From a virus: a stretch of 64,000 bases of DNA. The notes beneath the pieces are model-generated. The model was not told the origin of the DNA and did no database searches. It saw only the letters and a list, made by a program, of their open reading frames with translations. The DNA lies in IMG/VR virus record IMGVR_UViG_3300020410_000948, positions 1 through 64,000 of that record; one strand, written 5' to 3'. This document shows positions 28,436-37,971 of this stretch, one piece after another. A program made the translations under genes and the position numbers. Each line of letters opens with the position of its first letter. The stretch's first letter is position 1.

Positions 28436-29238
28436 GTTTTTTTGAAATGTGCCAAGTGGAAAGCTCTCCATTTGATATAGAATTTGCAAGGCAAGATCCT
28501 GACTGGAACATGGTGAGGGATGCTTATGATAATAATCTTTCAAGAGACGACCAAGACTGCGAGATCCCTAAGATAATCCATTTTATATGGGTGGGCAGCA
28601 AGCTTCCAGAAAAGTATGCTGAAATCATCGAGGGTTGGAAACATTACAACCCAGACTTTGAAATTTGGCTCTGGGACGATGAGAAGGTTGAGACTTTTTT
28701 GCCACAGATGTATAATAAAGATTTATACTTGCGCGCACCAAGCTTCGGTAACAAATCTGACATCTTAAGATATGAAATACTTAAGCGATACGGAGGTGTG
28801 TATGTAGATACTGATTTTGTATGTTTAGCTAGTTTTGCTCATGCTCATCGTAAGTATTGTTTCTATGCTGGTATATTATACGAAAAGCCAGTTCAGCTAG
28901 GCAATGGGATCATAGCTTCTATCCCTAACCATCCCATTATAGATATATGCATACGTCAAATGAGATTAGATAATCCTTGGGGAATACAGTGTCCGCAAAC
29001 CCTCGTGCTTTATCAGACTGGTCCTTGGGCTTTAACTAAGAGTGTTTTGCACTATATAAAACATATGGGCGACGAAGGCATAATGATATATCCAACGACA
29101 AGCTTTCACGCTTTCCCCGCTGTCCTTAGACATGAGGCCACCGATGAGTTAATTAAATCTTACTACAGACCTTGGAGTTTAGCCTGTCACTTATGGCACT
29201 CAAGTTGGCAGCCATCATCAGAACATTACAATGGATAA
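28432..29238 (+). CDS. GT32 (DXD) glycosyltransferase
   Basis: IPKIIHFIW, SDILRYEILKRYGGVYVDTD, TGP. ATG at 28432 overlaps the upstream TGA. Confidence 0.9.
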   Translation: MSFFEMCQVESSPFDIEFARQDPDWNMVRDAYDNNLSRDDQDCEIPKIIHFIWVGSKLPEKYAEIIEGWKHYNPDFEIWLWDDEKVETFLPQMYNKDLYLRAPSFGNKSDILRYEILKRYGGVYVDTDFVCLASFAHAHRKYCFYAGILYEKPVQLGNGIIASIPNHPIIDICIRQMRLDNPWGIQCPQTLVLYQTGPWALTKSVLHYIKHMGDEGIMIYPTTSFHAFPAVLRHEATDELIKSYYRPWSLACHLWHSSWQPSSEHYNG

Positions 29239-29244
29239 AATAAT

Positions 29245-30084
29245 ATGTCAGAAATAATAAACTTGGCTAAAGACAAGCCTGATACTTATGTATATCAGCA
29301 AGCTGCTGAAATACTGTGCGATACTCTAGAGGAAGATTACTCTTTTGTAATACAGTTATGGGATCATGAGAAACCTAAAGAAACAAAGTATCCCAAAGTT
29401 TTGATATCAACCTCTGATGAAAAACATAATGTTCCTGTTGAGGCTCAGGACGAGTCTTATGTGCATATATTTAAACAATACGCACCTATGTACGATATGA
29501 AAAATGCCACTTCAGTCAGAAGAGAATGGGATTACAGAGTTAGTCCTCTTCCTCTCTGCTCTTTAGAGGGTTTCTCTCCGCAGCCAATAAATATACACGA
29601 ACGGACTTATGACTGGTCTTGGATGGGGCAGTTTGATCCGTATGCAAGAGTAGCTTTTAGAAATTCTGTGAATGACCTAAAAACCAATCCTATCACTGGA
29701 CAGGCAAGAGAACATACATGTAAAATTCTTTGGTATGAGGGCTGGAATAACGGAGGTCCGATAGAAGAATACGCTAATGTTATGAGCAATACCAAAATAG
29801 CTCTAGTGCCTAATGGGTCGGCTAGCCTTGAGAGTTTTAGGTTCTTTGAGGCTGCAATGGCGGGTTGCGTAATAGTTAGTCAGCAAATGCCGGTTGTCCC
29901 GATGTACAATGTGGCTCCAACAATTACTGTAGATAATAATTGGACTAACCTTCCAGATGTTATAGATATGATTTTAGATAACAGGGAGGAGATGGAGTAT
30001 TACTCACACGCAAGTAAAGTATGGTACGAATACTTCTGCTCTCCAGAAGGTCTAGCCGGCTACATGAAGAAAAGGCTGGTTTGA
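29245..30084 (+). CDS. exostosin (GT47)-like glycosyltransferase
   Basis: KIALVPNGSASLESFRFFEAAMAGCVIV. Confidence 0.7.
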   Translation: MSEIINLAKDKPDTYVYQQAAEILCDTLEEDYSFVIQLWDHEKPKETKYPKVLISTSDEKHNVPVEAQDESYVHIFKQYAPMYDMKNATSVRREWDYRVSPLPLCSLEGFSPQPINIHERTYDWSWMGQFDPYARVAFRNSVNDLKTNPITGQAREHTCKILWYEGWNNGGPIEEYANVMSNTKIALVPNGSASLESFRFFEAAMAGCVIVSQQMPVVPMYNVAPTITVDNNWTNLPDVIDMILDNREEMEYYSHASKVWYEYFCSPEGLAGYMKKRLV

Positions 30085-30088
30085 CTAT

Positions 30089-30853
30089 ATGGATTTTGTT
30101 GACGGAGAAAGATTCCAGTCAATCTGTGACTTTGAACTTGGTCAAGAAATGCCTAAAAAATCGCAGTTGGTAATGTATGCGCCCTCGGAAAATTATCTAG
30201 AGGCGCTAGTGTTCATTAAACAAAACACTGATACACAATTCAAGCTTGTAACACATAATGGCGATATCGAAATTTATTTAGATGACAGGGTTCTGCCTGA
30301 TAACCTTATACACTGGTATGCACAAAACCTGTGTACCAAATCGAATAAGATGTCTTCGCTTCCTATAGCGATGGAGAATACCCACTGGCATCCAACAAAG
30401 CGCCCAGCAATGCTCTCTATAGAAAAGCAATCCGAAAGGTTTCTTAAGCCGTTCACTCAATTTAATCCCCGCACACATCCATCTAGGTTGGATCTAGTAA
30501 GATTGATACAGCAAGGAGAAATTGATGTTGATTTTGCTCCTTCAATTAATGGGACGGGGTTTGATCAATATGTATACAATCTATCTAAATACGCATTTTG
30601 TATTTGCCCGAGGGGTAACGGCATTGATACTCATAGGATATGGGAAGCCTTACATATGGGCTGTGTGCCAATAGTAAAGAGGCATGTTACGCACGAATGT
30701 TTGTTAGATTTGCCGGTCTTGTTCGTAGATGACTGGAGAGAAATAACTCATGAAAAGCTTGTGCAATTTATTGAACAAATACCCAACAATATATATAACA
30801 TGCAGAAACTTTCTTTTTCCTACTGGGAGAATCTGATAAAAAATGACATCTAA
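30089..30853 (+). CDS. exostosin (GT47)-like glycosyltransferase
   Basis: FCICPRGNGIDTHRIWEALHMGCVPIV, LPVLFVDDW. Confidence 0.75.
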   Translation: MDFVDGERFQSICDFELGQEMPKKSQLVMYAPSENYLEALVFIKQNTDTQFKLVTHNGDIEIYLDDRVLPDNLIHWYAQNLCTKSNKMSSLPIAMENTHWHPTKRPAMLSIEKQSERFLKPFTQFNPRTHPSRLDLVRLIQQGEIDVDFAPSINGTGFDQYVYNLSKYAFCICPRGNGIDTHRIWEALHMGCVPIVKRHVTHECLLDLPVLFVDDWREITHEKLVQFIEQIPNNIYNMQKLSFSYWENLIKNDI

Positions 30854-31733
30854 GTTGAGAATTAAATTTGATAACTTTTGGGGTGGGTTTCCCCTGTATG
30901 ACAATATAATAACAGTAGCTCTAAGTCTAAAACACGATGTAGAGATTGTTCAGCATGACCCAGATATTTTAGTGCATCAAGGCCAAACTTCCCACAAGCA
31001 TGATGGCGCAATTACAATAGCTTGGTTTATAGAGTCTATGAATAGAATAGGGGAACCTGACTATAGTAAATGTGACTATTCTTTTAACAGTTGTAATCTT
31101 GATGATGAGAGAAACTATAGGATTCCCTTTTGGTCTACACAAATAAACTGGAATGGGGCTCCTGCGCATGACCTTAATCGAGGACCAACATACTATATAT
31201 CAATAGACGAGTTATCTAATAGGCAGATAGCTAATAGAGACAGGTTGTGTTGCTCAGTAGCGTCTGGAACGCTTGGTAGGAGAGCAGAGTTTTATCCTTA
31301 CATATCCTCAAGAATGGATGTAGCACATGGAGGAGACTTCCTAAGAAATACAACAGAGATGATTGAAAAGCCGGGAAACAGTGACTACTTAGAGAAGATA
31401 GAGTTTATTTCTAAATTTAAATCGAACCTATGTTTTGAGAACGATGACAGACAAGGATACGTATGTGAGAAGATACTACATGCTTTTTATGCTGGTTGTC
31501 TGCCCATATACTGGGGACCAGCAAATGTAGGTGAAGACTTCAATAAGAAAGCGTTTATTGATGTTAGTGATTTTGAGTCTAGCGAAGAGGCTGTTAATTA
31601 TATACACGATGTGCTTTTAAACGATACAAAATTATTAGAATATCTAGAGCAACCAGTATTTGAAAATGGACAGGTGCCATATCACTCAACACCGGAGTCA
31701 CTATTAGAGTTCTTAGAGAAAAAGGGTATATAA
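30843..31733 (+). CDS. GT10 alpha-1,3/1,4-fucosyltransferase-like
   Basis: FKSNLCFEND...GYVCEKILHAFYAGCLPIYWG...DFN...FI signature. Confidence 0.88.
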   Translation: MTSKLRIKFDNFWGGFPLYDNIITVALSLKHDVEIVQHDPDILVHQGQTSHKHDGAITIAWFIESMNRIGEPDYSKCDYSFNSCNLDDERNYRIPFWSTQINWNGAPAHDLNRGPTYYISIDELSNRQIANRDRLCCSVASGTLGRRAEFYPYISSRMDVAHGGDFLRNTTEMIEKPGNSDYLEKIEFISKFKSNLCFENDDRQGYVCEKILHAFYAGCLPIYWGPANVGEDFNKKAFIDVSDFESSEEAVNYIHDVLLNDTKLLEYLEQPVFENGQVPYHSTPESLLEFLEKKGI

Positions 31734-32308
31734 TGGCTGGAGAATTTTCTTACAACCGCAAAAAGTATTTTTTTCTTCATATCCCGAAGACTGGCGGTAA
31801 GATGTGGGAGCATGTATTTAGCGGTATTGGGCTGACTTCTGGACATGGTTTCGTAGAATCTAAACCAGAAGGATATTCATTTACTGTAATAAGAAACCCA
31901 TTTGATAGATTGGTCAGCTGTTTCTATTACCTCAAGGCTGGCGGGTGCTGGTCGGGTGACGCAAATGATGCGTTAAAGTATGATATTACAAACAATACTT
32001 TTGAAGACTGGCTCAAGCTAGCTAGCAAAAACCCTCAGCACTATCTAGAACAGCAACACGTTATGCCTATGATGCGTAGGATTGGCAGAAAAGAACACTT
32101 CGATCATATTGGATTGTTTGAAAATTTAGAACGGGAAACTAGAGATCTATATTCTATTATATATGGCCATAAAATTGATGAAGTGCCTGTGATTAACAAA
32201 AGCACCCATCGTCACTTTGAAGATTGTTACACCGAAGAAACAAAAGCTATAGTTTCAGAGCTATACAAGGATGATATAAAACTATATGAGGAGCTATTAA
32301 ATGCATAA
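31733..32308 (+). CDS. sulfotransferase (Sulfotransfer_2-like)
   Basis: 5'-PSB FLHIPKTGG, 3'-PB RNPFDRLVS, IGLFENL, C-terminal YKDD. Confidence 0.85.
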   Translation: MAGEFSYNRKKYFFLHIPKTGGKMWEHVFSGIGLTSGHGFVESKPEGYSFTVIRNPFDRLVSCFYYLKAGGCWSGDANDALKYDITNNTFEDWLKLASKNPQHYLEQQHVMPMMRRIGRKEHFDHIGLFENLERETRDLYSIIYGHKIDEVPVINKSTHRHFEDCYTEETKAIVSELYKDDIKLYEELLNA

Positions 32309-32708
32309 GATATATAAAGACGAGAAGCTTTACCACTGCTACTTCAACGCCGACGAATACCAAGAGGGTAGGTTTGATGCTACCGACGCTGGAGAATATT
32401 TGCAGTGCGCTATTATAAATATGGATGACGGCAAGAAGTTTGATCCGCATGTCCATATCCCCTGTGAAAGAACAACTGACACAACTCAAGAGGCATGGGT
32501 TGTGCTTAAGGGCAAGATAAAAATAACATATTATGACGAAGATAAAAATCAAATGGATGAACCGGCTATAGTCTCTGCCGGAGGGTGTACTATAAGTTTT
32601 TGGGGTGGCCATAAATATGAATGCCTAGAAGACGGAACTGTAGTCTATGAATTTAAGACTGGTCCATACTTTGGTAAAGATGCGGATAAGGTGGTATTTG
32701 ATGCGTAA
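32301..32708 (+). CDS. cupin-fold protein (WbuC-like)
   Basis: PHVH...QEAWVVLKG...GGH...EFKTGPY. Confidence 0.75.
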   Translation: MHKIYKDEKLYHCYFNADEYQEGRFDATDAGEYLQCAIINMDDGKKFDPHVHIPCERTTDTTQEAWVVLKGKIKITYYDEDKNQMDEPAIVSAGGCTISFWGGHKYECLEDGTVVYEFKTGPYFGKDADKVVFDA

Positions 32709-33345
32709 TATTGTACAATATAGTCTGCCTCGAACAGGCTCTACACTTATCTGTAGGGTGTTAGATAGTCTGTTCCCTGAAGAGCTGGAAAACCTTGCAC
32801 AACATCCTCCGCTCCATTATAACTCCCGTGACGCTTTGATTGTGAGCTCCTGTAGGTATCCGCTGGATGTTCTGGTATCGTATGCTAGAGTACACCACTG
32901 TGAACAAGGTTATGAGCTCGGTGGGATTGATGAGGATTTACTTGCACATCATGCAAAAAGGATAAAAACACTATATCAATGGTATTTTAAAGACTTAGAC
33001 CATCATAGGGGTCACATTCTACAAATCAAATATGAAAAATTTTGGAACAACTATGATTATATTTTCGATAACCTTGAGACCTTTTTTTCAATAGAGATTG
33101 ATGATAATAAAAGACATGATATAACACAAGAATGTGGAATAGAAAACTCCAGAAAGATACAGGCAGAATTGGTTGGTGAAGAAGGAACAGAGGACTTTGG
33201 TTGTGTTGATCAAAAGACATCTCTGCACGGCAACCATATATTTGCGCCAGAGCCATTTGGCTACAAAAAAGTTTTAACACGCACGCAAACAGCTTCTATG
33301 AAAATGTTTTTAAAGGACGCTATTAAAGAATGGGAAAAAATATGA
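32701..33345 (+). CDS. sulfotransferase domain protein
   Basis: SLPRTGSTL, RYPLDVLVS, IKYE. ATG at 32701 is preferred. Confidence 0.78.
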   Translation: MRNIVQYSLPRTGSTLICRVLDSLFPEELENLAQHPPLHYNSRDALIVSSCRYPLDVLVSYARVHHCEQGYELGGIDEDLLAHHAKRIKTLYQWYFKDLDHHRGHILQIKYEKFWNNYDYIFDNLETFFSIEIDDNKRHDITQECGIENSRKIQAELVGEEGTEDFGCVDQKTSLHGNHIFAPEPFGYKKVLTRTQTASMKMFLKDAIKEWEKI

Positions 33346-33893
33346 GGCTTCACTTAGGATGTGGATGGAGAAATTTTGGAGGTGACTGGATTCATGTTGA
33401 TGGTGGTGATTATGAACACTTAGACCACAATGATATTACTAAGCTTCCATACGAAGATGAAACAGTTGATTTAATATATGCCTCTCATGTGTTGGAGTAC
33501 TTCGATAGAGAAGAAGCTGTTGACATTCTTACTGAATGGACGAGAGTATTGAAAAAGGGTGGAGTATTAAGAATAGCTGTGCCAGATTTTGAGTCTATGG
33601 CTATTATGTATGTAATGGGCAAGAATACTCTTGATAATACAAAATTAAGTAACTTTCTCGGCCCGCTTTACGGTAAGATGCAGATGGGTGATGATATTAT
33701 TTATCACAAAACAGTCTATGACTTTGAAGAGCTATCAACGCTTTTATCATCTGCAGGAATACAAAACATTGCTAGATATGATTGGAGAGATACGGAGCAT
33801 CATAACTTCGATGACCACTCTCAAGCCTATATCCCGCATATGGATAAAGACAATGGAACACTAATTAGTTTGAATATAGAGGGAACAAAATGA
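33342..33893 (+). CDS. SAM-dependent methyltransferase
   Basis: LHLGCG, IYASHVLEYF, RVLKKGGVLRIAVPD. ATG at 33342 (ATGA overlap). Confidence 0.88.
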   Translation: MRLHLGCGWRNFGGDWIHVDGGDYEHLDHNDITKLPYEDETVDLIYASHVLEYFDREEAVDILTEWTRVLKKGGVLRIAVPDFESMAIMYVMGKNTLDNTKLSNFLGPLYGKMQMGDDIIYHKTVYDFEELSTLLSSAGIQNIARYDWRDTEHHNFDDHSQAYIPHMDKDNGTLISLNIEGTK

Positions 33894-34474
33894 GATTAGA
33901 GAAATGGGAAGGCGTACATATAGATACGGTTTATAATGATGTAGTTACTAAGATAGCGCCTAAAGGCAAGGTTCTAGGCGTTGGAGATAGTGCATTTCCT
34001 CATGCTGTTCTAAACATGCAATATTTTCATGACAATCCAGTAGAAGAAGGCGTTGCGGTTAATACTAACGAAAAGGATTTAGGACATCTAAATGGGTTTG
34101 ATGTTATACTATGTAACGGCAATGATATCTGCTATGAAGACAATTACTTTGACTTTGTATACACTGTGATGATGCTTGAGCATGATCCTAAGTTCTGGCT
34201 GTCAGTACAAGAGATGCACAGAGTTTTGAAGCCCGGATGCCCTTTAATGATAGCTATTCCCGGATTTGTAGGAGAGCCAGAGTACGCTGTTGTAGACAAT
34301 AGAGACCATTGGGGACATGGCACTAGTTGTTATGAGAACCATACCGACTGTGACTGCTATAGATTTAGTCCCGATTTCTTTAAGTTTTTCGCGCTCAAAG
34401 ACTTCGATGATGCTGTCGTGTATCACAGTATGTTTCCTCCAAGACTTATAGGAGTTGGATATAAACCTAAATGA
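33890..34474 (+). CDS. SAM-dependent methyltransferase
   Basis: DNYFDFV...LEHDPKFW...EMHRVLKPG...DCYRFS. Confidence 0.8.
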   Translation: MRLEKWEGVHIDTVYNDVVTKIAPKGKVLGVGDSAFPHAVLNMQYFHDNPVEEGVAVNTNEKDLGHLNGFDVILCNGNDICYEDNYFDFVYTVMMLEHDPKFWLSVQEMHRVLKPGCPLMIAIPGFVGEPEYAVVDNRDHWGHGTSCYENHTDCDCYRFSPDFFKFFALKDFDDAVVYHSMFPPRLIGVGYKPK

Positions 34475-35076
34475 GCACAATACCTGATGTAAAACTACTT
34501 GAACAGAAAGTGGCTAAATTTTTTGGCGCTCCTTATGGAGTAGCTGTAGATTGCTGCACTCATGGCGTTGAGTTATGTTTGAGATACGTAAAAGCCAAGC
34601 AAGTAGAATCTCCCCATAGAACTTATCCTTCTATTCCATTCTTGGCTCGTAAACTAAATATCCCTTTGGTTTGGAGAGAAGAAGACTGGCAAGATTATTA
34701 CCAAGCAGGCGTGGGCGAATCAGGAGAAGTGGTTTATGACGCTGCGGTTCTATGGAAAGAGAATAGCTATATACCAGACAGCTTCATGTCACTGAGTTTT
34801 CAGTTTCAAAAACATCTAAGTCTCGGTCGTGGAGGTATGATACTTACCGACAATGAAGAAGCAGCAAAACAACTAAGAAGAATGGTTCACGACGGAAGAA
34901 AACCTTTTATTCCTTGGCGCGAGCAGAACATAGACTGTGAAGGATACCATTACTATATGACGCCAGAAACAGCTGCTTTAGGTCTACAAAAACTTCCTGA
35001 AGCAATTAATAGAGAACCTAGACAGTGGGTCATTGAAGACTGGCCCGACTTAAGAAACATGGAGATTTTTAAATGA
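34471..35076 (+). CDS. short DegT/DnrJ/EryC1/StrS-family PLP aminotransferase
   Basis: VAVDCCTHG, YDAA, SLSFQFQKHL (PLP Lys), GGMILT; only 201 aa. Confidence 0.82.
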   Translation: MSTIPDVKLLEQKVAKFFGAPYGVAVDCCTHGVELCLRYVKAKQVESPHRTYPSIPFLARKLNIPLVWREEDWQDYYQAGVGESGEVVYDAAVLWKENSYIPDSFMSLSFQFQKHLSLGRGGMILTDNEEAAKQLRRMVHDGRKPFIPWREQNIDCEGYHYYMTPETAALGLQKLPEAINREPRQWVIEDWPDLRNMEIFK

Positions 35077-36047
35077 GAAAAGTTGCATTAATAACAGGTA
35101 TTTCTGGACAAGATGGAAGTTACCTTGCGGAACACCTGTTAAATCAAGACTATAAAGTTTATGGAATTATCCGTAGGCAATCCGTAGCAGAAAACCAAGA
35201 GTCTAGGATAGATCATATTATAGATCATGTAGAAACCCGCTATGGAGATCTGATGGACTGGTGTTCGTTGGAAAGAGTTGTTAGGGAATGTAATCCCACT
35301 CATATTTTTAATTTAGGAGCGATGAGCCACGTTAGAGTTAGTTCCGACGTACCATCCTTTACTATTAAAACCAACGCAGAAGGTGTTCTAAACTTATTAG
35401 AAGTCTACAAAAATTATTGTCCCGAAGCTAAATTTTATCAAGCAAGCTCGTCTGAGATGTTTGGGAACAGCGTCGATGATGATGGATTCCAAAGAGAGAC
35501 GACGCCAATGACTCCTGTCAGCCCTTATGGTTGCTCAAAGCTTATGGGGTATTCCTTAGTTAGGCATTATCGACACGCTTATGGTCTGCATGCTAGTAAT
35601 GGTATATTATTTAATCACGAGTCTCCACGAAGAGGCTCTAACTTTGTTACAAATAAAGTTGTAAAGACAGCGGTAGAGATTTCTTTAGGTATGAGAGATA
35701 AACTCTTCTTAGGCAATATGGATTCTTACAGGGATTGGGGACATTCCAAAGACTACACAAGAGCTATGATTGATATTATTAATCATGACACTGCTGATGA
35801 TTTTGTAGTGGCTACAGGAGAAACACACTCAGTACGAGAACTATGTGAGGTAGTGTTTAACTGCTTAGACATGGACTATAATGATTACGTTGAACAAGAC
35901 CCTAGATTTATGCGTCCAGAAGAATTGAAATACCTGAAAGGCGACCCAACAAAGACAAGAGAGACTTTCGGATGGAAGCCAGAATACACCTTCCAATCCA
36001 TGATGGAAGAAATGGTTAGACATTGGCAAGACTTCTATAGCAAATAA
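35073..36047 (+). CDS. gmd: GDP-mannose 4,6-dehydratase
   Basis: ITGISGQDGSYLAE, SHVRVS, YQASSSEMFG, SPYGCSK, GILFNHESPRRG, RDWGH. Confidence 0.96.
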   Translation: MRKVALITGISGQDGSYLAEHLLNQDYKVYGIIRRQSVAENQESRIDHIIDHVETRYGDLMDWCSLERVVRECNPTHIFNLGAMSHVRVSSDVPSFTIKTNAEGVLNLLEVYKNYCPEAKFYQASSSEMFGNSVDDDGFQRETTPMTPVSPYGCSKLMGYSLVRHYRHAYGLHASNGILFNHESPRRGSNFVTNKVVKTAVEISLGMRDKLFLGNMDSYRDWGHSKDYTRAMIDIINHDTADDFVVATGETHSVRELCEVVFNCLDMDYNDYVEQDPRFMRPEELKYLKGDPTKTRETFGWKPEYTFQSMMEEMVRHWQDFYSK

Positions 36048-36048
36048 A

Positions 36049-36744
36049 ATGTATAAGACCTATGTAATGCACTATAGCCCTCTCTGTGAAAGGAGAGGGT
36101 TTATTCTCAATCAACTATCTTCTGCTGGAATTAGCCAATTCGAGTTAGTCACAGAATTCGATAGAGAAGATCTGACACATGAAGATCTTTCTAGATACAA
36201 TGATGACCCAGACTTTCACCGTCAGGTTTGTGAAATATCAAGACAGCCACATGGGTTTGCGGGACTGACGCCATACACATATCAAAAAATGACACTGGCG
36301 TCAATATCTTTAAATCTAAAACACCTAGAATCTTTCAATAGGTTCATCAATCAAGAAGTAGAATTTGCATTATTTTTAGAAGATGACTGTAGTTTTTATG
36401 GGCATCCTTTCGATATAAATGATATAATTAATAGGGCACCGCATGATTGGGACGTAATATTACTAGGTGGAGCATTTGATCATGGGATCATAACTCCTTT
36501 AGCAGTATATGGCGACATGGATAAGGGCTATATATTAGCCTCACATCCTGCCACTAACACTACATCATCAATAATTTATAATAAACAGAGTGCTAAAAAA
36601 ATAGTTCCATATTTGGAAACCTTTTGTGTTCCTATTGATTGGCAGCTAAACTATGCTTTTCACGAAGCTAAATTAAAAGTGTACCATGTATATCCTTATA
36701 TATGTGGTCAGGGTACATTTAGGAGTACAGCAAAAGATGAATAA
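36049..36744 (+). CDS. GT25-like glycosyltransferase
   Basis: ERR, SLNLKH, LFLEDD, DWDVILLG, PIDW. Confidence 0.75.
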   Translation: MYKTYVMHYSPLCERRGFILNQLSSAGISQFELVTEFDREDLTHEDLSRYNDDPDFHRQVCEISRQPHGFAGLTPYTYQKMTLASISLNLKHLESFNRFINQEVEFALFLEDDCSFYGHPFDINDIINRAPHDWDVILLGGAFDHGIITPLAVYGDMDKGYILASHPATNTTSSIIYNKQSAKKIVPYLETFCVPIDWQLNYAFHEAKLKVYHVYPYICGQGTFRSTAKDE

Positions 36745-37210
36745 ACAATCAAAGAACCTAGCGGTTTTAACAGAGGACTTGGGCTTGTCTCAGAGGTCTT
36801 TTTATCTCATAGATAACCTTAATAAGTTCTGTAGAGATAGGAGTGCTGCGGTGACTTGTTATACAACCTCAGTAATCCCTCCGGTTATGAAGGCTCTTTT
36901 TCCTTTTATGAATCAGTATTACTTCTCGTCTTTTAATGGTACTGCTATAGCTACCAGTATAGACACAGCTAAAGCACTGATTAAGACAAAGAACAATACT
37001 AAGAGATTCCTTTACTTATGGGACTTAGAATGGATTAGAAAGCCTGTAGACTTTGATGATACCTGTTCTGTGTTGAGGAATCCAGATATTAATATAATTA
37101 CTAGAAGTGAGTCTCATAAAAAAATGGTTGAAAACTATGCGAATACTACAGTGTGTGGTATAGTTGACGACTGGGATATGGCACAATTGGAGGAGTTGAT
37201 ATGGAATTAG
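36737..37210 (+). CDS. stand-alone GT-B N-terminal-like domain (WsaF-like)
   Basis: AIATSIDTA...FLYLWDLEW resembles the IATxWxTA...YFVQDYE pattern; AGGAG at 36721. Confidence 0.5.
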   Translation: MNKQSKNLAVLTEDLGLSQRSFYLIDNLNKFCRDRSAAVTCYTTSVIPPVMKALFPFMNQYYFSSFNGTAIATSIDTAKALIKTKNNTKRFLYLWDLEWIRKPVDFDDTCSVLRNPDINIITRSESHKKMVENYANTTVCGIVDDWDMAQLEELIWN

Positions 37211-37971
37211 AAAAGATTATCAATATGTATGTTGAGGATGGCATGAGCACCAAAGCTATTGCCGAAGAGTTTGGTACTTACCCTAATAAGATCCGACGAG
37301 CACTTGTTTCTTCCGGAGTTGAATTGCGTAGTAAAAGCGCAGCACAAAAGAAAGCCTTAGAAAATGGACGAGCCAAACATCCCACTAAAGGCAAGAAAAG
37401 AAGCGAGGAAGAGAAAGATAAGATCAGTGCTTCCCTAGAAAAGTCTTGGTCAAATGTAACCAAGAAAGAGCGCAGTAGAAGATCTCAAATGGCCAAAGAT
37501 CAATGGGAGAATATGCCTGAAGCAGATAAGCTGGCACTAAGAAAGAAAGCCGCAGAAGCGTTATTGATGACAGTGAAGCATGGCTCCAACCCAGAAAAGC
37601 TACTGTATGAAAAATTAACTGAGGCTGGCTATGAGGTTGAGCTTCATAAAAAAGATATGATTGAGGGTAAGAAGTACGAGATGGATCTGTATTTGCCTGA
37701 ATTATCTACGGTTATAGAGGTCGATGGGCCTCAACATTTTAAGCCACTTTTTGGAGAAAAGGGGTTGCGAGAATATGTTAAACATGATATAATTAAGAAC
37801 GGAATACTCCTTAAAAGGGGTTATTGTGTAATTAGAGTGAAGTATTTGTGCAGCAACTATAGTCGTGCTGTCGGAAGAAGATTGTGGGAGCTTGTTGAGC
37901 CTGTTGTAAATAGGGTTAACAAAAAGTTTCCCACTAAGGAAAACAGGTTAATTGAATTGGAGATAACATAA
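37201..37971 (+). CDS. HTH + NUMOD3-like + DUF559-type endonuclease (homing-endonuclease-like)
   Basis: GMSTKAIAEEFG HTH; GKKRSEEEKDKIS; SNPEK...MDLYLP...VIEVDGPQH...GYCVIRV. Confidence 0.75.
   Translation: MELEKIINMYVEDGMSTKAIAEEFGTYPNKIRRALVSSGVELRSKSAAQKKALENGRAKHPTKGKKRSEEEKDKISASLEKSWSNVTKKERSRRSQMAKDQWENMPEADKLALRKKAAEALLMTVKHGSNPEKLLYEKLTEAGYEVELHKKDMIEGKKYEMDLYLPELSTVIEVDGPQHFKPLFGEKGLREYVKHDIIKNGILLKRGYCVIRVKYLCSNYSRAVGRRLWELVEPVVNRVNKKFPTKENRLIELEIT

Noticed and set aside
18988-37210. Bacterial O-antigen/capsule locus (cellular origin)
   Set aside because: No flippase, polymerase, exporter or priming transferase. The locus is continuous with phage replication genes and shares their CCWGG avoidance.
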